Shown: piece by piece, positions 21,786-30,827 of the stretch | How positions within the stretch are numbered: the first letter of the stretch is position 1 | Layout: every line of letters starts with the position of its first letter | Source of the DNA: a virus | Taxonomy: Duplodnaviria; Heunggongvirae; Uroviricota; Caudoviricetes | Length of the DNA stretch: 40,694 bases | Strand: one strand, 5' to 3' | Virus record (IMG/VR): IMGVR_UViG_2874956758_000005 | The notes under the pieces: model-generated | Told to the model about the DNA's origin: nothing | Database searches by the model: none | Seen by the model: only the letters and a program-made list of their open reading frames with translations | Program-made: the position numbers and the translations under genes

Positions 21786-22136
21786 TCAATTGATGCGTTC
21801 GCGCGCTGTTTTTGCTTTATGACAGGGCCAGCACAGACTCTGCAGGTTACTGTCTGCATCCGTGCCACCATGAGCTTTCGGAATGATGTGGTCCACAGTT
21901 CTGGCTTCAACGGCTCTCCCATTGCGCAGGCAGTTCTGACACAGATGATTATCACGCTTCAGTATGCGCGCACGTATGGCATCCCATTTCGAGCCATAGC
22001 CACGCTGGTGGCGGCTCAGTCCGCGTTGATGCTGTACCCATCCTTCGCCACGATGTTTATCGCAGTAACCAGAACTGTCTGTGGTTGTACCTGCACATCC
22101 ACGCTTACGGCAGGCGCGTGGGATTCGTGATGGCAT
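21786..22136 (-). CDS. HNH endonuclease (terminase-associated)
   Basis: 116-aa ORF with Cys pairs and ...DHIIPKAHGGTDADSNLQSLCWPCH... HNH motif, directly upstream of terminase. Confidence 0.85.
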   Translation of the reverse strand: MPSRIPRACRKRGCAGTTTDSSGYCDKHRGEGWVQHQRGLSRHQRGYGSKWDAIRARILKRDNHLCQNCLRNGRAVEARTVDHIIPKAHGGTDADSNLQSLCWPCHKAKTARERIN

Positions 22137-22178
22137 AAATACCTCATACCCTGCGAAATGTTTACCACGATAAAAAGG

Positions 22179-22643
22179 CTACTTAATGCACTGAGTGCGG
22201 ATATACTCCTGTGCCCCTTCCAGTTGCATCTGCATCGTCATCAGCCGCTCTCTGAGGGTGAAATAATCCCGTTCAGCGGTGTCTGCCAGTCGGGGGCTGG
22301 TTGCATTATCCACGCCGGAGGCGGTGGTGGCTTCACGCACTGACTGACAGACTGCTTTGATGTGCAACCGACGACGACCAGCGGCAACATCAGCGCGCAG
22401 AGTTTCATTTTCAGCTTTCGCATCAGCTAACTCCTTCGTGTATTTAGCATCGAGTGCATTAACATCACGCTGTCTCTGCTGCATGTCAGTAATGGTTGCG
22501 TTCGCCAGCTTCAGTTCTCTTGCGTTTTTGTCGCGCTGCTCTTTGTAGGTAATGGCGTTATCACGGTAATGATTAACAGCCCATGACAGGCGGACGATGA
22601 TGCAGATAACCAGAACGGAGATAATCGCGGTGACTCTGCTCAT
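22179..22643 (-). CDS. Rz: i-spanin Rz
   Basis: 154-aa [37 protein letters not shown]...; N-terminal TM helix plus coiled coil; start overlaps R stop (ATGA). Confidence 0.85.
   Translation of the reverse strand: MSRVTAIISVLVICIIVRLSWAVNHYRDNAITYKEQRDKNARELKLANATITDMQQRQRDVNALDAKYTKELADAKAENETLRADVAAGRRRLHIKAVCQSVREATTASGVDNATSPRLADTAERDYFTLRERLMTMQMQLEGAQEYIRTQCIK
22241..22423 (-). CDS. Rz1: o-spanin Rz1 (lipoprotein embedded in Rz, +1 frame)
   Basis: 60-aa [27 protein letters not shown]... with lipobox VVGC and proline run PPPPP. Confidence 0.8.
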   Translation of the reverse strand: MRKLKMKLCALMLPLVVVGCTSKQSVSQCVKPPPPPAWIMQPAPDWQTPLNGIISPSESG

Positions 22644-23137
22644 TGCGGCCCCCACAAACAGACTTCACGCTCAATCTCACGACGGGTCATCAGCCCTTTC
22701 CATTGCTTACCGCCAGCATATGTCCAGCGACGTAGCTGGTCACATGCGCCTTTGATATCGCCCTGGTTTATTTTGCGAAGAAGCGTCGATGTTCTGAAAT
22801 TGCCAGCGCCCACGTTGTAAACGAACGAGTAAAGAGCGCCGCGCGTTGTTTCCGGTATATCGACTTTGATGTACGGGTTAATTTGTCTGGCGACAGTGGC
22901 AAGGTCTTTATTCAGGAGGGCTTTGCATTCTGCTTCGGTATACGTTTTACCGAGCATGATGTCTTTTCCGGTGTGTCCGTGGCATACAGTCCATACGCCA
23001 ACGATATCTTTGTATGGTATGTAGCTGACACCTTCCAGACCATCGTTACCACCTGGGCCAGTGATGAGCACAGACGCTATGGCAATAGCCCCACCACCAA
23101 TAGCAACTGCAACAGCCTTGCGTAATGATGGCGACAT
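22640..23137 (-). CDS. R: SAR endolysin (phage-21-type lysozyme R)
   Basis: 165-aa ORF; N-terminal Gly/Ala-rich signal-anchor-release segment [21 protein letters not shown], lysozyme body. Confidence 0.9.
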   Translation of the reverse strand: MSPSLRKAVAVAIGGGAIAIASVLITGPGGNDGLEGVSYIPYKDIVGVWTVCHGHTGKDIMLGKTYTEAECKALLNKDLATVARQINPYIKVDIPETTRGALYSFVYNVGAGNFRTSTLLRKINQGDIKGACDQLRRWTYAGGKQWKGLMTRREIEREVCLWGPQ

Positions 23138-23352
23138 TATTCACCTCTCGCAGCCTTACGCTTGTCTTCTCTGATTTTGAAGTACAGATTTGTCAGATAA
23201 GTCAGGAAGCCCAGAACCAGACTCCCCAGTACACCAATCGCAGCCCACTGTGACGGACTGACCTGATCAAGCCACTGTAAAAACCAGTAGCCGGCACTGC
23301 CTGCGGAGGTGCCGTAGGCAATGCCCGTTGAAATTTTGTCCATGGATTTCAT
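23137..23352 (-). CDS. S: pinholin S (phage-21-type), dual-start MKSMDK
   Basis: 71-aa ORF with two TM segments; RBS GGAGGTGAGG; stop overlaps R start. Confidence 0.9.
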   Translation of the reverse strand: MKSMDKISTGIAYGTSAGSAGYWFLQWLDQVSPSQWAAIGVLGSLVLGFLTYLTNLYFKIREDKRKAARGE

Positions 23353-23644
23353 AGCCTCACCTCCGCAAATAACGGATGGCGTAGTTTTACACTGAGAAAT
23401 GAAAGGGATTTGAAAAGAAAAAACCGCAAAAGCGGGCGAAACGATATATACAGTAAGGAAAGCACTCTATCCAACAAACCACTCACAGTTAATCGGAATA
23501 AAAGCAGAGTGCTTATGAATGATCGCCTGCCCGAAGGTTAGTATTTCTGCACAGCAATTTTGCAAAAAAAAGCGATCATTCATAACTTAAACGTCTTTCA
23601 GTCACTCCGGGATTTCCCATCATCGCAGACTGAAAGACTCTAAC

Positions 23645-23720
<76 letters not shown>

Positions 23721-23723
23721 TAT

Positions 23724-23798
<75 letters not shown>

Positions 23799-23800
23799 CT

Positions 23801-23877
23801 GGACCGCCACCGGGGACTCGAACCTCGCACACTCAACTTAAAGGGTTGACGCTCTTTCCTGATGAGCTAGTGGCGGT
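23801..23877 (-). tRNA. tRNA-like gene, anticodon loop CCUUUAA (UUU, Lys-type?), atypical C33
   Basis: Perfect acceptor CCGCCAC/GTGGCGG, D arm GCTC...GAGC, anticodon stem TCAAC/GTTGA, T-loop TTCGAGT, CCA end; T-stem A-C mismatch. Confidence 0.5.
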
Positions 23878-23878
23878 T

Positions 23879-23954
23879 GGTGGCCCTTGCTGGATTTGAA
23901 CCAGCGACCTGGCGATTATGAGTCGCTCGCTCTCACCACTGAGCTAAAGGGCCG
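23879..23954 (-). tRNA. tRNA-Ile2/Met-type (anticodon CAU), ileZ-like
   Basis: 76-nt cloverleaf GGCCCTT...AAGGGCC acceptor, anticodon loop CTCATAA, T-loop TTCAAAT, CCA end. Confidence 0.7.
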
Positions 23955-24058
23955 GGCGCAGGATAATAACGTTACGAAATCAATGTTGCAAGCATTCAAA
24001 AATCACCCTTATCTCCTCCACCAGCGCATTCACCATGTCTATCCGAGATAAGTGGCAC

Positions 24059-24081
24059 AAAAAACCCGCTTGTGGGCGGGT
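24059..24081 (-). terminator. intrinsic terminator downstream of Q (tR'-like)
   Basis: Minus strand AAAACCCGCCCACAAGCGGGTTTTTT: GC stem plus T6. Confidence 0.5.
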
Positions 24082-24135
24082 TTTGTTTGCTTTTGCCATC
24101 ACGTACAAAATCGGCAAAATATCAGATTTGCATGA

Positions 24136-24164
24136 AATATATGCCTTTCAATCTACTTTTGCAA
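24136..24164 (-). promoter_or_regulatory. candidate late promoter (PR'-like)
   Basis: Minus strand TTGCAA -17 bp- TATATT overlapping the end of the Q ORF, ~50-70 nt upstream of the terminator. Confidence 0.35.
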
Positions 24165-24836
24165 CACTTTGCTTTGAAAATGCCGTCTTTTTTTTGAACG
24201 TGTTCTCATTACAAACAATAAAGCCTCACTATCCAGTCGGTGAAAAATGTGTTTCATTGCAACCCAGTGACGAGTAAATGTTTTGGACCAGTTTTTAGTT
24301 GTCACTCCCGCCAGTAATGCCAGCTCCTGGTATTCATAACCTTCCCCACCAAAAAGTTCTGCTTTTACTGCCTGCGCCGCCAGCCAGATTAATTTTTTCA
24401 GGCGTTCCTGCGTTTTCCCTGCAATTTTTCTGGTACCGGATTGAGCATTAAATTCATTCCACGCCCACTGTGTTATCGCGATCTGATATTCCCAACAAAT
24501 ACTCCCGCTGTAACACCACAACAACCAGGCTTTATGATGTTCTTCAAGAGACAGAACAGCCCGCCGCCACGATGATGTCGAAAACCCAACCGGACTGACC
24601 AGAGGAATTGACGTCCCCTTCGCCAGCGATTGCTTTCCCGGGATTGGTGGATTATCCCGCGTTATCATTTTTCCAGTCACTTCATCGCGGTACCGGATTT
24701 TTTTACGCCTGTAACGCCCTGTATCGAACATGGCATTCTCTTGCCAGGCTTCAAGCTGACCTTTTGTTGCCCCACTCAAATCAGCGGTGGCGATAATGAG
24801 CTGCTCACGCACAAACTGTAAATACTGGTTATTCAT
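24153..24836 (-). CDS. putative late antiterminator Q
   Basis: 227-aa ORF immediately upstream of late promoter/terminator, tRNAs and lysis genes; ATG overlaps rusA stop (ATGA). Assignment mainly positional. Confidence 0.5.
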   Translation of the reverse strand: MNNQYLQFVREQLIIATADLSGATKGQLEAWQENAMFDTGRYRRKKIRYRDEVTGKMITRDNPPIPGKQSLAKGTSIPLVSPVGFSTSSWRRAVLSLEEHHKAWLLWCYSGSICWEYQIAITQWAWNEFNAQSGTRKIAGKTQERLKKLIWLAAQAVKAELFGGEGYEYQELALLAGVTTKNWSKTFTRHWVAMKHIFHRLDSEALLFVMRTRSKKRRHFQSKVLQK

Positions 24837-25198
24837 GCGCACCCCAGTTCTGTGATTTTTATCCCCAGCCGCCCACCAGGAACGAGCTGACCGCGCACAA
24901 TATTGATTTCATCAAACTGCTCGTCGTCTATAAGTAGTCCAGCATGCGTCAGCGCATCCAGCGGTGCCTTCAGGATATTGTCCAGGTCACGACGGCGCTT
25001 ATCCGGTGGCTCTGCAATAATCTTTATCGCCAGCCTTCCGGACAGGTTTAATTTCAGTCGCTGCTGGCGAACAATTAGCGCCACATCACGGCGATAACGC
25101 TTTCCGGCTTCCGAGATGAAATACGTATTGCCATGACGTCGCCAGTAGGTATTCACCGTCGGCGGGTAAGGCAAAACAAATTCTATGCGTTCAGTCAT
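24833..25198 (-). CDS. rusA: Holliday junction resolvase RusA
   Basis: 121-aa ORF with ...PPDKRRRDLDNILKAPLDALTHAGLLIDDEQ... RusA catalytic Asp cluster. Confidence 0.85.
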   Translation of the reverse strand: MTERIEFVLPYPPTVNTYWRRHGNTYFISEAGKRYRRDVALIVRQQRLKLNLSGRLAIKIIAEPPDKRRRDLDNILKAPLDALTHAGLLIDDEQFDEINIVRGQLVPGGRLGIKITELGCA

Positions 25199-26257
25199 TC
25201 ATGCTTTCCACTTCAGGACACCCGAATTTCTCGCGTGCATTAAAAAACGAATCAGCAACAACAGCTGGCTGCCGTGTTTTTCTTCAAAATCTTTTACCCC
25301 GGCGTGCAGTTCGTTATGACATTTACGGCACAGCGGAATAACAAACAAATCATCAGCCTTTGTTCCCATCCCTCCCAGTCCATGACCAATGATGTGATGC
25401 GGATCATCTGCCTGATTGCCACACGTCATGCATTTCTGCGTTTTTACCCAGCGCGTGTATACGGGCATCTCTTCCCGTTGTGGTTTCTGGCGCTGGAGAT
25501 ACTGAGCCGGAGAATCCGGATCAACGGCAATGCTGACCACCGTCTTTTCCTGTGGTGGATTCTGTTGCTGGTGGGCGTGAGGCAACGGCGCAATATTTTT
25601 TGTGCGCTGCTTCAGTATGCTGGTGGCGGTCTGCGCTCCCGGTACGATATCGCTTTCGCGGTATACTGAGCGGATTTTTTCTACCGGTAATCCCAGCGAA
25701 CGACGTAATACTGCCTCCGGTAGCGCGTCCGCCACCTGATTGCAGAGCGCCCACCAGGATAATTCAGCCAGAGATAATTCACGCTCCTGCGTACCGCTTA
25801 TTGCGTGACCGATGACGTCAATCATCCATGCTGACAGGTTTTGATGAGCAAGTTGCCCGAGTGATTCGGATGTCTGGTCACGCAACTGGTTGTCGCAGTG
25901 CCAGCACAACACCATTGCGCCGGTACCATAACGGTGAATGACGGTTTCGCTGTGATGATAATCGCCGTGTGGCCACTGGCAGGATTTAACGTGGCGTAAC
26001 AGCCAGTCAGACAGTGCACCAGCACCGCCAGCAGCACGAATCACACGCTCATCGCTGAAAAATGGCAGTAATGATTTGTCCTCCGCCAGCGGCTGGCGAA
26101 CGGCAGGAACGACCCCGGACGGCAGATTACGCATGCTTTTCGGTTCCGGCTCCACCAGTACCCGGGTATTGTGGAATACCGGCATGGATTCACGGCCTGG
26201 CTTAAGGACCACCAGCCCGAGTTCCGGAACCAGAACAGGTCGAAGTAATACCCGCAC
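25199..26257 (-). CDS. DUF968-family prophage protein (YdfU-like) with C-terminal HNH-like Cys/His motif
   Basis: 352-aa ORF; C-terminal ...CMTCGNQADDPHHIIGHG...CRKCHNELH; typical nin-region position upstream of rusA/Q. Confidence 0.7.
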   Translation of the reverse strand: MRVLLRPVLVPELGLVVLKPGRESMPVFHNTRVLVEPEPKSMRNLPSGVVPAVRQPLAEDKSLLPFFSDERVIRAAGGAGALSDWLLRHVKSCQWPHGDYHHSETVIHRYGTGAMVLCWHCDNQLRDQTSESLGQLAHQNLSAWMIDVIGHAISGTQERELSLAELSWWALCNQVADALPEAVLRRSLGLPVEKIRSVYRESDIVPGAQTATSILKQRTKNIAPLPHAHQQQNPPQEKTVVSIAVDPDSPAQYLQRQKPQREEMPVYTRWVKTQKCMTCGNQADDPHHIIGHGLGGMGTKADDLFVIPLCRKCHNELHAGVKDFEEKHGSQLLLLIRFLMHARNSGVLKWKA

Positions 26258-26258
26258 A

Positions 26259-26537
26259 TTACCTCCAGATGCGTTGCTGGAATGTGCGGGACGGACGCGG
26301 TGGGCGTTCAGAGTAAGGAAGCCTGACGGAGATTATCCAGTGACGATAATCGAGGCTGAGGGCTTTCTTAATCTCGTATCCGTGTCTGCGGTAGCACTGA
26401 ATTAGCCACTCGGCCTGTTCTTCAGTGCATGGGTCATGCTGGAACCAGTCAGATTTGAAAGTGCGGGAACGCCGCCCGTGCCTGCTGGCAAAGACGGCAG
26501 AATCATCAGAATTGTGTAATTTGGTATCGTGCGCCAT
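26259..26537 (-). CDS. hypothetical small protein upstream of DUF968
   Basis: 92-aa ORF from ATG 26537 (MAHDTKLHNSDDS...); co-oriented and abutting DUF968 gene. Confidence 0.4.
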   Translation of the reverse strand: MAHDTKLHNSDDSAVFASRHGRRSRTFKSDWFQHDPCTEEQAEWLIQCYRRHGYEIKKALSLDYRHWIISVRLPYSERPPRPSRTFQQRIWR

Positions 26538-26672
26538 CGGTTGTCTCTGCTGGCGCAGCAGGTGCCAGTTGTTCAGGCTGGCGTGCGGCAATATTGTCTC
26601 TGATTTCTGTTGTCGTCAACAGGCAGCGTGCTATCATCGAATAGTGTTCTATCCTACTCCTTGAGGTTTACC

Positions 26673-26930
26673 ATGCGTACAACCCAACAATTCAGCATTA
26701 CATTAACTAACGAGATGGCTGACATGGTGCGCGCCCGTGTGGCTTCCGGTGCCTATGCTTCAGAAAGCGAGGTCATTCGTGAAGGGCTTCGCGCACTGAA
26801 TGAGCGCGATAAAGCAATCGAAGCGTGGTTAACGCATTCAGCCGCCCCCTCTCTTGATTCTATCCGCGAAAATCCAAACAACGGACGCTCCATTTCACAG
26901 GTTCGCGCCGCGATTCGATCCGGAAAGTAA
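26673..26930 (+). CDS. ParD/CopG-type ribbon-helix-helix antitoxin
   Basis: 85-aa ORF MRTTQQFSITLTNEMADMVRARVASGAYASESEVIREGLRAL...; GAGG RBS; 5 bp upstream of toxin gene. Confidence 0.7.
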   Translation: MRTTQQFSITLTNEMADMVRARVASGAYASESEVIREGLRALNERDKAIEAWLTHSAAPSLDSIRENPNNGRSISQVRAAIRSGK

Positions 26931-26935
26931 TCTGC

Positions 26936-27247
26936 ATGACATATGAAGTCATCATTACTCCTGAGGCCGAACAACAAATAATCAACCTGCACAGATATAT
27001 AACTGAGAAAGCAGGGAACGTCATTGCTGACAATTATGCCAATGCACTTCTTGATTATCTTGATGGGTTTTCTACATTCCCGCATCGGGGCAATAAACGC
27101 GATGATATTCGCCAGGGGATGCGGGTAACTCATTTCCGCCACAGAACGATTATTGCTTTTGCCGTTGATGACAATAAAGTTTTTATCGCAGGCGTATACC
27201 ACGGTGGGCAAATCTATGAAACCGATTTTTTATCCAGTGCACCGTAA
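26936..27247 (+). CDS. ParE/RelE-family toxin
   Basis: 103-aa ORF directly following antitoxin; family-typical layout (N-terminal helices, C-terminal beta region ...FAVDDNKVFIAGVYHGGQ). Confidence 0.7.
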   Translation: MTYEVIITPEAEQQIINLHRYITEKAGNVIADNYANALLDYLDGFSTFPHRGNKRDDIRQGMRVTHFRHRTIIAFAVDDNKVFIAGVYHGGQIYETDFLSSAP

Positions 27248-27287
27248 AACCCCCATCCTTCAGGGCGTGGCGGATATCAAACTTTGG

Positions 27288-28370
27288 TCATTTTCTCTGG
27301 CTGATCTTTACCGGATAACCATCCCGAAGATCAATTAAGTGCTCCGGTTCAGAAGCAAACCATGCATAAGATCCCCACGCCAATTCTGGTATTGCCTTTT
27401 TAAAAGGCAGAGCACTTCTGTCCATAAATGCCGTAAGGAATGCAAGATTTTTCTCGCTGAACCCAGCGTCAATAGCCAAATGAGTGAGAGTAACTTTTCG
27501 TTCCCTGTTTATAGGCCCATCTGTCGCAACTACTTCAGTGAAAACTACAAGCATGTCCGAACCCGTTCGGTCCTCTCCCAAATCAATCAAAATAATATCT
27601 GGAAGTGCTTTTGAGGCATCAATATTCAGCCCCAATGCTTTTGCCAATACATCATCCTGAGCAACAACTTTATTCCCGGATTCAGACAACCAGAGCACAG
27701 TTGGATTCTTAAGAAAATTAGGAGCAAAAACTTCGATGACGGCCTTAGCTATTGTACTTGACGGGCCCGGAGCTAAAGTTCTCTTCTCTCCATTTGGGAA
27801 AGTGACGACTACGGCATCAGCAGCAATCACTGCCCCTGATTTCAATAAACGCAACCTGGCAAGAGCGGCTTTGTTCAAATGATTTTCTTGCCAGGAACTT
27901 ATTGCACTCAGCAGCGAATCTCCTTCAAGCCCGGCATCAAAGAGTGCTGCAAAAGAGCGATTCAAACTGTAACGAGGACGAGAGGATGTGGTGGGTATAC
28001 CTTTACGCTCAACAATTGCATTGCAAGGTATTAGGCCATTTTTTATAGTTTCATCACGTATTGGCTCACGCGTATTTTCCGCATACCATGCATCAGCAGG
28101 CCTTATCTTTTGTTTAGAGAAAGTCATCTTTACCCAGCTTTCTCTGGACGCATCATCAGTAAGAGCAGCCTGCGAATCTCCCATACTTACAACCTGGCTG
28201 GGCCTTATCCATCGCCCCAGCCCCTCAACCGCACCAGCATAAAACATGACAAAAATTGTTTTTGCAGCTATTTCCCGAATTAAATATCCACGATTCTCAG
28301 TCCCTTCAGGGAAAATTAATTGTAATCTTTCCCGGATAACATTCAATGGGGGAACAACAGGCAGATTCAT
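27288..28370 (-). CDS. type II restriction endonuclease, BsuBI/PstI family (putative)
   Basis: 360-aa ORF translationally coupled (ATGA overlap) to upstream N6-adenine methyltransferase; AT-richer than flanking phage genes. Confidence 0.6.
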   Translation of the reverse strand: MNLPVVPPLNVIRERLQLIFPEGTENRGYLIREIAAKTIFVMFYAGAVEGLGRWIRPSQVVSMGDSQAALTDDASRESWVKMTFSKQKIRPADAWYAENTREPIRDETIKNGLIPCNAIVERKGIPTTSSRPRYSLNRSFAALFDAGLEGDSLLSAISSWQENHLNKAALARLRLLKSGAVIAADAVVVTFPNGEKRTLAPGPSSTIAKAVIEVFAPNFLKNPTVLWLSESGNKVVAQDDVLAKALGLNIDASKALPDIILIDLGEDRTGSDMLVVFTEVVATDGPINRERKVTLTHLAIDAGFSEKNLAFLTAFMDRSALPFKKAIPELAWGSYAWFASEPEHLIDLRDGYPVKISQRK

Positions 28371-30199
28371 GCAATCATCACTCCATAGAAACCAGCGATA
28401 GTTCTCTCAATAATCCGTCTGTGGACGCCAGCATCAATTAACGATTGAATCTCCATCACCTGCTCCAGAGAAGGCAACGGGATTGAATTCAATTCATAGG
28501 CCGAAACAGCAACACTTCCGCTTATACACCTGAACGCCCGATCGACAACATGCGAATTAAGTAGCATATCAATAACATCAGGGCGAACCGCAGAGAACAA
28601 TCCGTTTGAATATACAATATTAATATGGTTTTCAACTACTACGCCACCAGTTTCATCTATAAATCCCTGAGGTAAAATTGCCGCTAAAATCCTTCTGTCC
28701 TGTTCCTTCGATGTTGTCCGCTGAACAAGCACACATTCAGATTTTGTCACAAGGAAACCCTGTTGTGGGGTTATATCGATATAGGGAACATGATTTTTTC
28801 TGTCTGCACTAAAACGAAAACCAGCTGAAGTTATTGATTCCGCCCAGACTAATGGGTAGCTATTTTTTCCTTTCGTCGTACGCAACTGCGACTTAAATCG
28901 ATTCCAGACTAACTGACCTGTAGAGACTGAGTATCCCAGATCAGCTAAACGCGTAGACATCTGTTTTAATACATTAAGAAAACAGGCATCATCTTTAACG
29001 CGTGGCAAAAGCCACGTTGCTCCACCTTTTTCTATATCAACATTACCTATTTTCTCAATTTTTGCTTTGTTCAACCCCTTAGGGACAAGTGAGGATACCT
29101 GGGCCCGAACTTTATGTTCTCCCGCCTTGAATGCTGTCAACATTGTTTCCTGGAGAACATCGTCAAAGACCCCATCCCTGTCAGCGACGAAATCAAGGGC
29201 ATACGGAGTAGTTTTTTCGGTCAAAAGGGTTCGCAGCGCGGTGAAATACTGCCCACCAAGAAAAGAAGTTGGCGTAAGAAATGCAATAACTCCTGTTTTC
29301 TCTTTAACCATGCGAACAGCTAAGTCGGTGAACAATCCATATAGATTTGCATGACCAAATAACGAACGAGAATATTTTTCTCTCGTTTTAATATCGAGAG
29401 TGACACGTCCGTAAGGCGGATTCCCTACCACAAGATCATAACCAGAAAATTTATCTTGCTGAAGCGCATCAGCAACAATAATTGTATCTTCAGGCAATCT
29501 ACGTTTTACCTTTACACATAGTGGCATTAGTACAGATTCGAGCAATACCAAACTCATCCAAGCCGCAAATGGATCGATTTCTATCCCCTTTAAACGACGA
29601 CTGATTCTCCTCAACATCCATTCAGGGGAAGACCCCTTGTCTTTTTTTAACATTCGAATGGCTACTGGTGCCAAAAATGCACCGCCACCACACGCAGGAT
29701 CAATAACCGATGCATGAGAAAAATCAACACCAGACTTTTCAGCCAGGTCCAAGAGACGCGCTACCAAAGGTGGGGGGGTATAGTAAGCCCCCAATTCCGA
29801 ACGGTAAGCGGATGGCAGCATTACCGTATAAATTGACCCAATCAGATATCCAGCGTCCTCCGCCGGAAATTGAGCAATAAGCTCACCTGTTCGTTCAGCG
29901 AGCTCGCGTGCATCACATGGAATGTCTTCTATGTAAACAGTGTGCGGTACTGCCCTCATTTTAATGCTGCTTTTTTGCTTTTTTGCAAGGGTATCCCAAT
30001 ATGCAGCTACGATGCTGAAGCAGTATGAGCGGGCATGCATCAACCTTGACTGCCCGGTTTTGTAATTGCCCGCATAACCTTTGGCCATGGCTTTACAAGT
30101 TTGATATCTTTCCAGATTAGAAAACTCATTATCTGTAAAAAAATCAAAATGTTGCACATTCATAATGTAAAATCCTAATGTATCAAACATGCGGGCCAT
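28367..30199 (-). CDS. N6-adenine DNA methyltransferase (Eco57I/PstI-type, gamma-class)
   Basis: 610-aa ORF with AdoMet motif I VIDPACGGGAFL followed by catalytic motif IV VVGNPPYGR; start could be ATG 30199 or 30163. Confidence 0.8.
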   Translation of the reverse strand: MARMFDTLGFYIMNVQHFDFFTDNEFSNLERYQTCKAMAKGYAGNYKTGQSRLMHARSYCFSIVAAYWDTLAKKQKSSIKMRAVPHTVYIEDIPCDARELAERTGELIAQFPAEDAGYLIGSIYTVMLPSAYRSELGAYYTPPPLVARLLDLAEKSGVDFSHASVIDPACGGGAFLAPVAIRMLKKDKGSSPEWMLRRISRRLKGIEIDPFAAWMSLVLLESVLMPLCVKVKRRLPEDTIIVADALQQDKFSGYDLVVGNPPYGRVTLDIKTREKYSRSLFGHANLYGLFTDLAVRMVKEKTGVIAFLTPTSFLGGQYFTALRTLLTEKTTPYALDFVADRDGVFDDVLQETMLTAFKAGEHKVRAQVSSLVPKGLNKAKIEKIGNVDIEKGGATWLLPRVKDDACFLNVLKQMSTRLADLGYSVSTGQLVWNRFKSQLRTTKGKNSYPLVWAESITSAGFRFSADRKNHVPYIDITPQQGFLVTKSECVLVQRTTSKEQDRRILAAILPQGFIDETGGVVVENHINIVYSNGLFSAVRPDVIDMLLNSHVVDRAFRCISGSVAVSAYELNSIPLPSLEQVMEIQSLIDAGVHRRIIERTIAGFYGVMIA

Positions 30200-30413
30200 A
30201 ACATCTCATGGTGGCGCATAGCAAACTGGCCCGAAGAATATCACGCACCAAGTCGATCTCATAACCCGTTATGACAATAAATCTTTGTAGCTGAACTCAC
30301 TTGGTGATTTGTCAATCATTCCTGGCCTCCAGTTCGTCCTGAATCTCTTTATCGAGTTCACCGTATTTGTTAGTCCTCATCACTCACGACTTGACTTCCA
30401 GAAATAACCTTGA

Positions 30414-30770
30414 TTATTCGGGGCTATATTTTGTCACCCTGCGTATCCGCGCTTTCGCATTACGCTCAATCTGGATTAGCTTTTCTATATTTTTTCGCCT
30501 TTCCCGCTCCTCCTGGCGCAAGAGCCTTACATCATCTGCCAGTCTGGTTTCTCTTTTCGCCACAGAGAGCATCCAGTCAAACGGCTCCACAACCGCACCG
30601 CAGATTTTACAGCGGACCTGACGCTCTTTTTCGTCAACCCGGACAGAAGCGTGATGGCAATATGGTCTTTCCGATGGCTCATAAAGAAAATTAACCTGAT
30701 TACGAGGGTTATCCTCTTTTACCGGAAATAAAACGATATTGCTTAACTCATCTTCTGGTTTTATTTCCAT
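30414..30770 (-). CDS. hypothetical protein with Cys/His cluster
   Basis: Start chosen at ATG 30770 (AAGGAG 6 nt upstream; MEIKPEDELSN...); contains CHH...CKIC; an in-frame ATG at 30827 is an alternative. Confidence 0.4.
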   Translation of the reverse strand: MEIKPEDELSNIVLFPVKEDNPRNQVNFLYEPSERPYCHHASVRVDEKERQVRCKICGAVVEPFDWMLSVAKRETRLADDVRLLRQEERERRKNIEKLIQIERNAKARIRRVTKYSPE

Positions 30771-30827
30771 GCTCCTCTCCTTTGATGCGAATGCCAGCGG
30801 TAATTGAAGCCTGATAGCTAATTTCAT

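Noticed and set aside
23441-23456. LexA-box-like TACTGTATATAT half-site upstream of S
   Set aside because: Only one CTGT half is present; the second half is CGTT rather than ACAG, so it is not a credible SOS box.
26041-26259. 72-aa minus-strand ORF MCGYYFDLFW...
   Set aside because: Off-frame overlap with the 5' end of the DUF968 gene; Trp/Arg-rich composition; no independent support.
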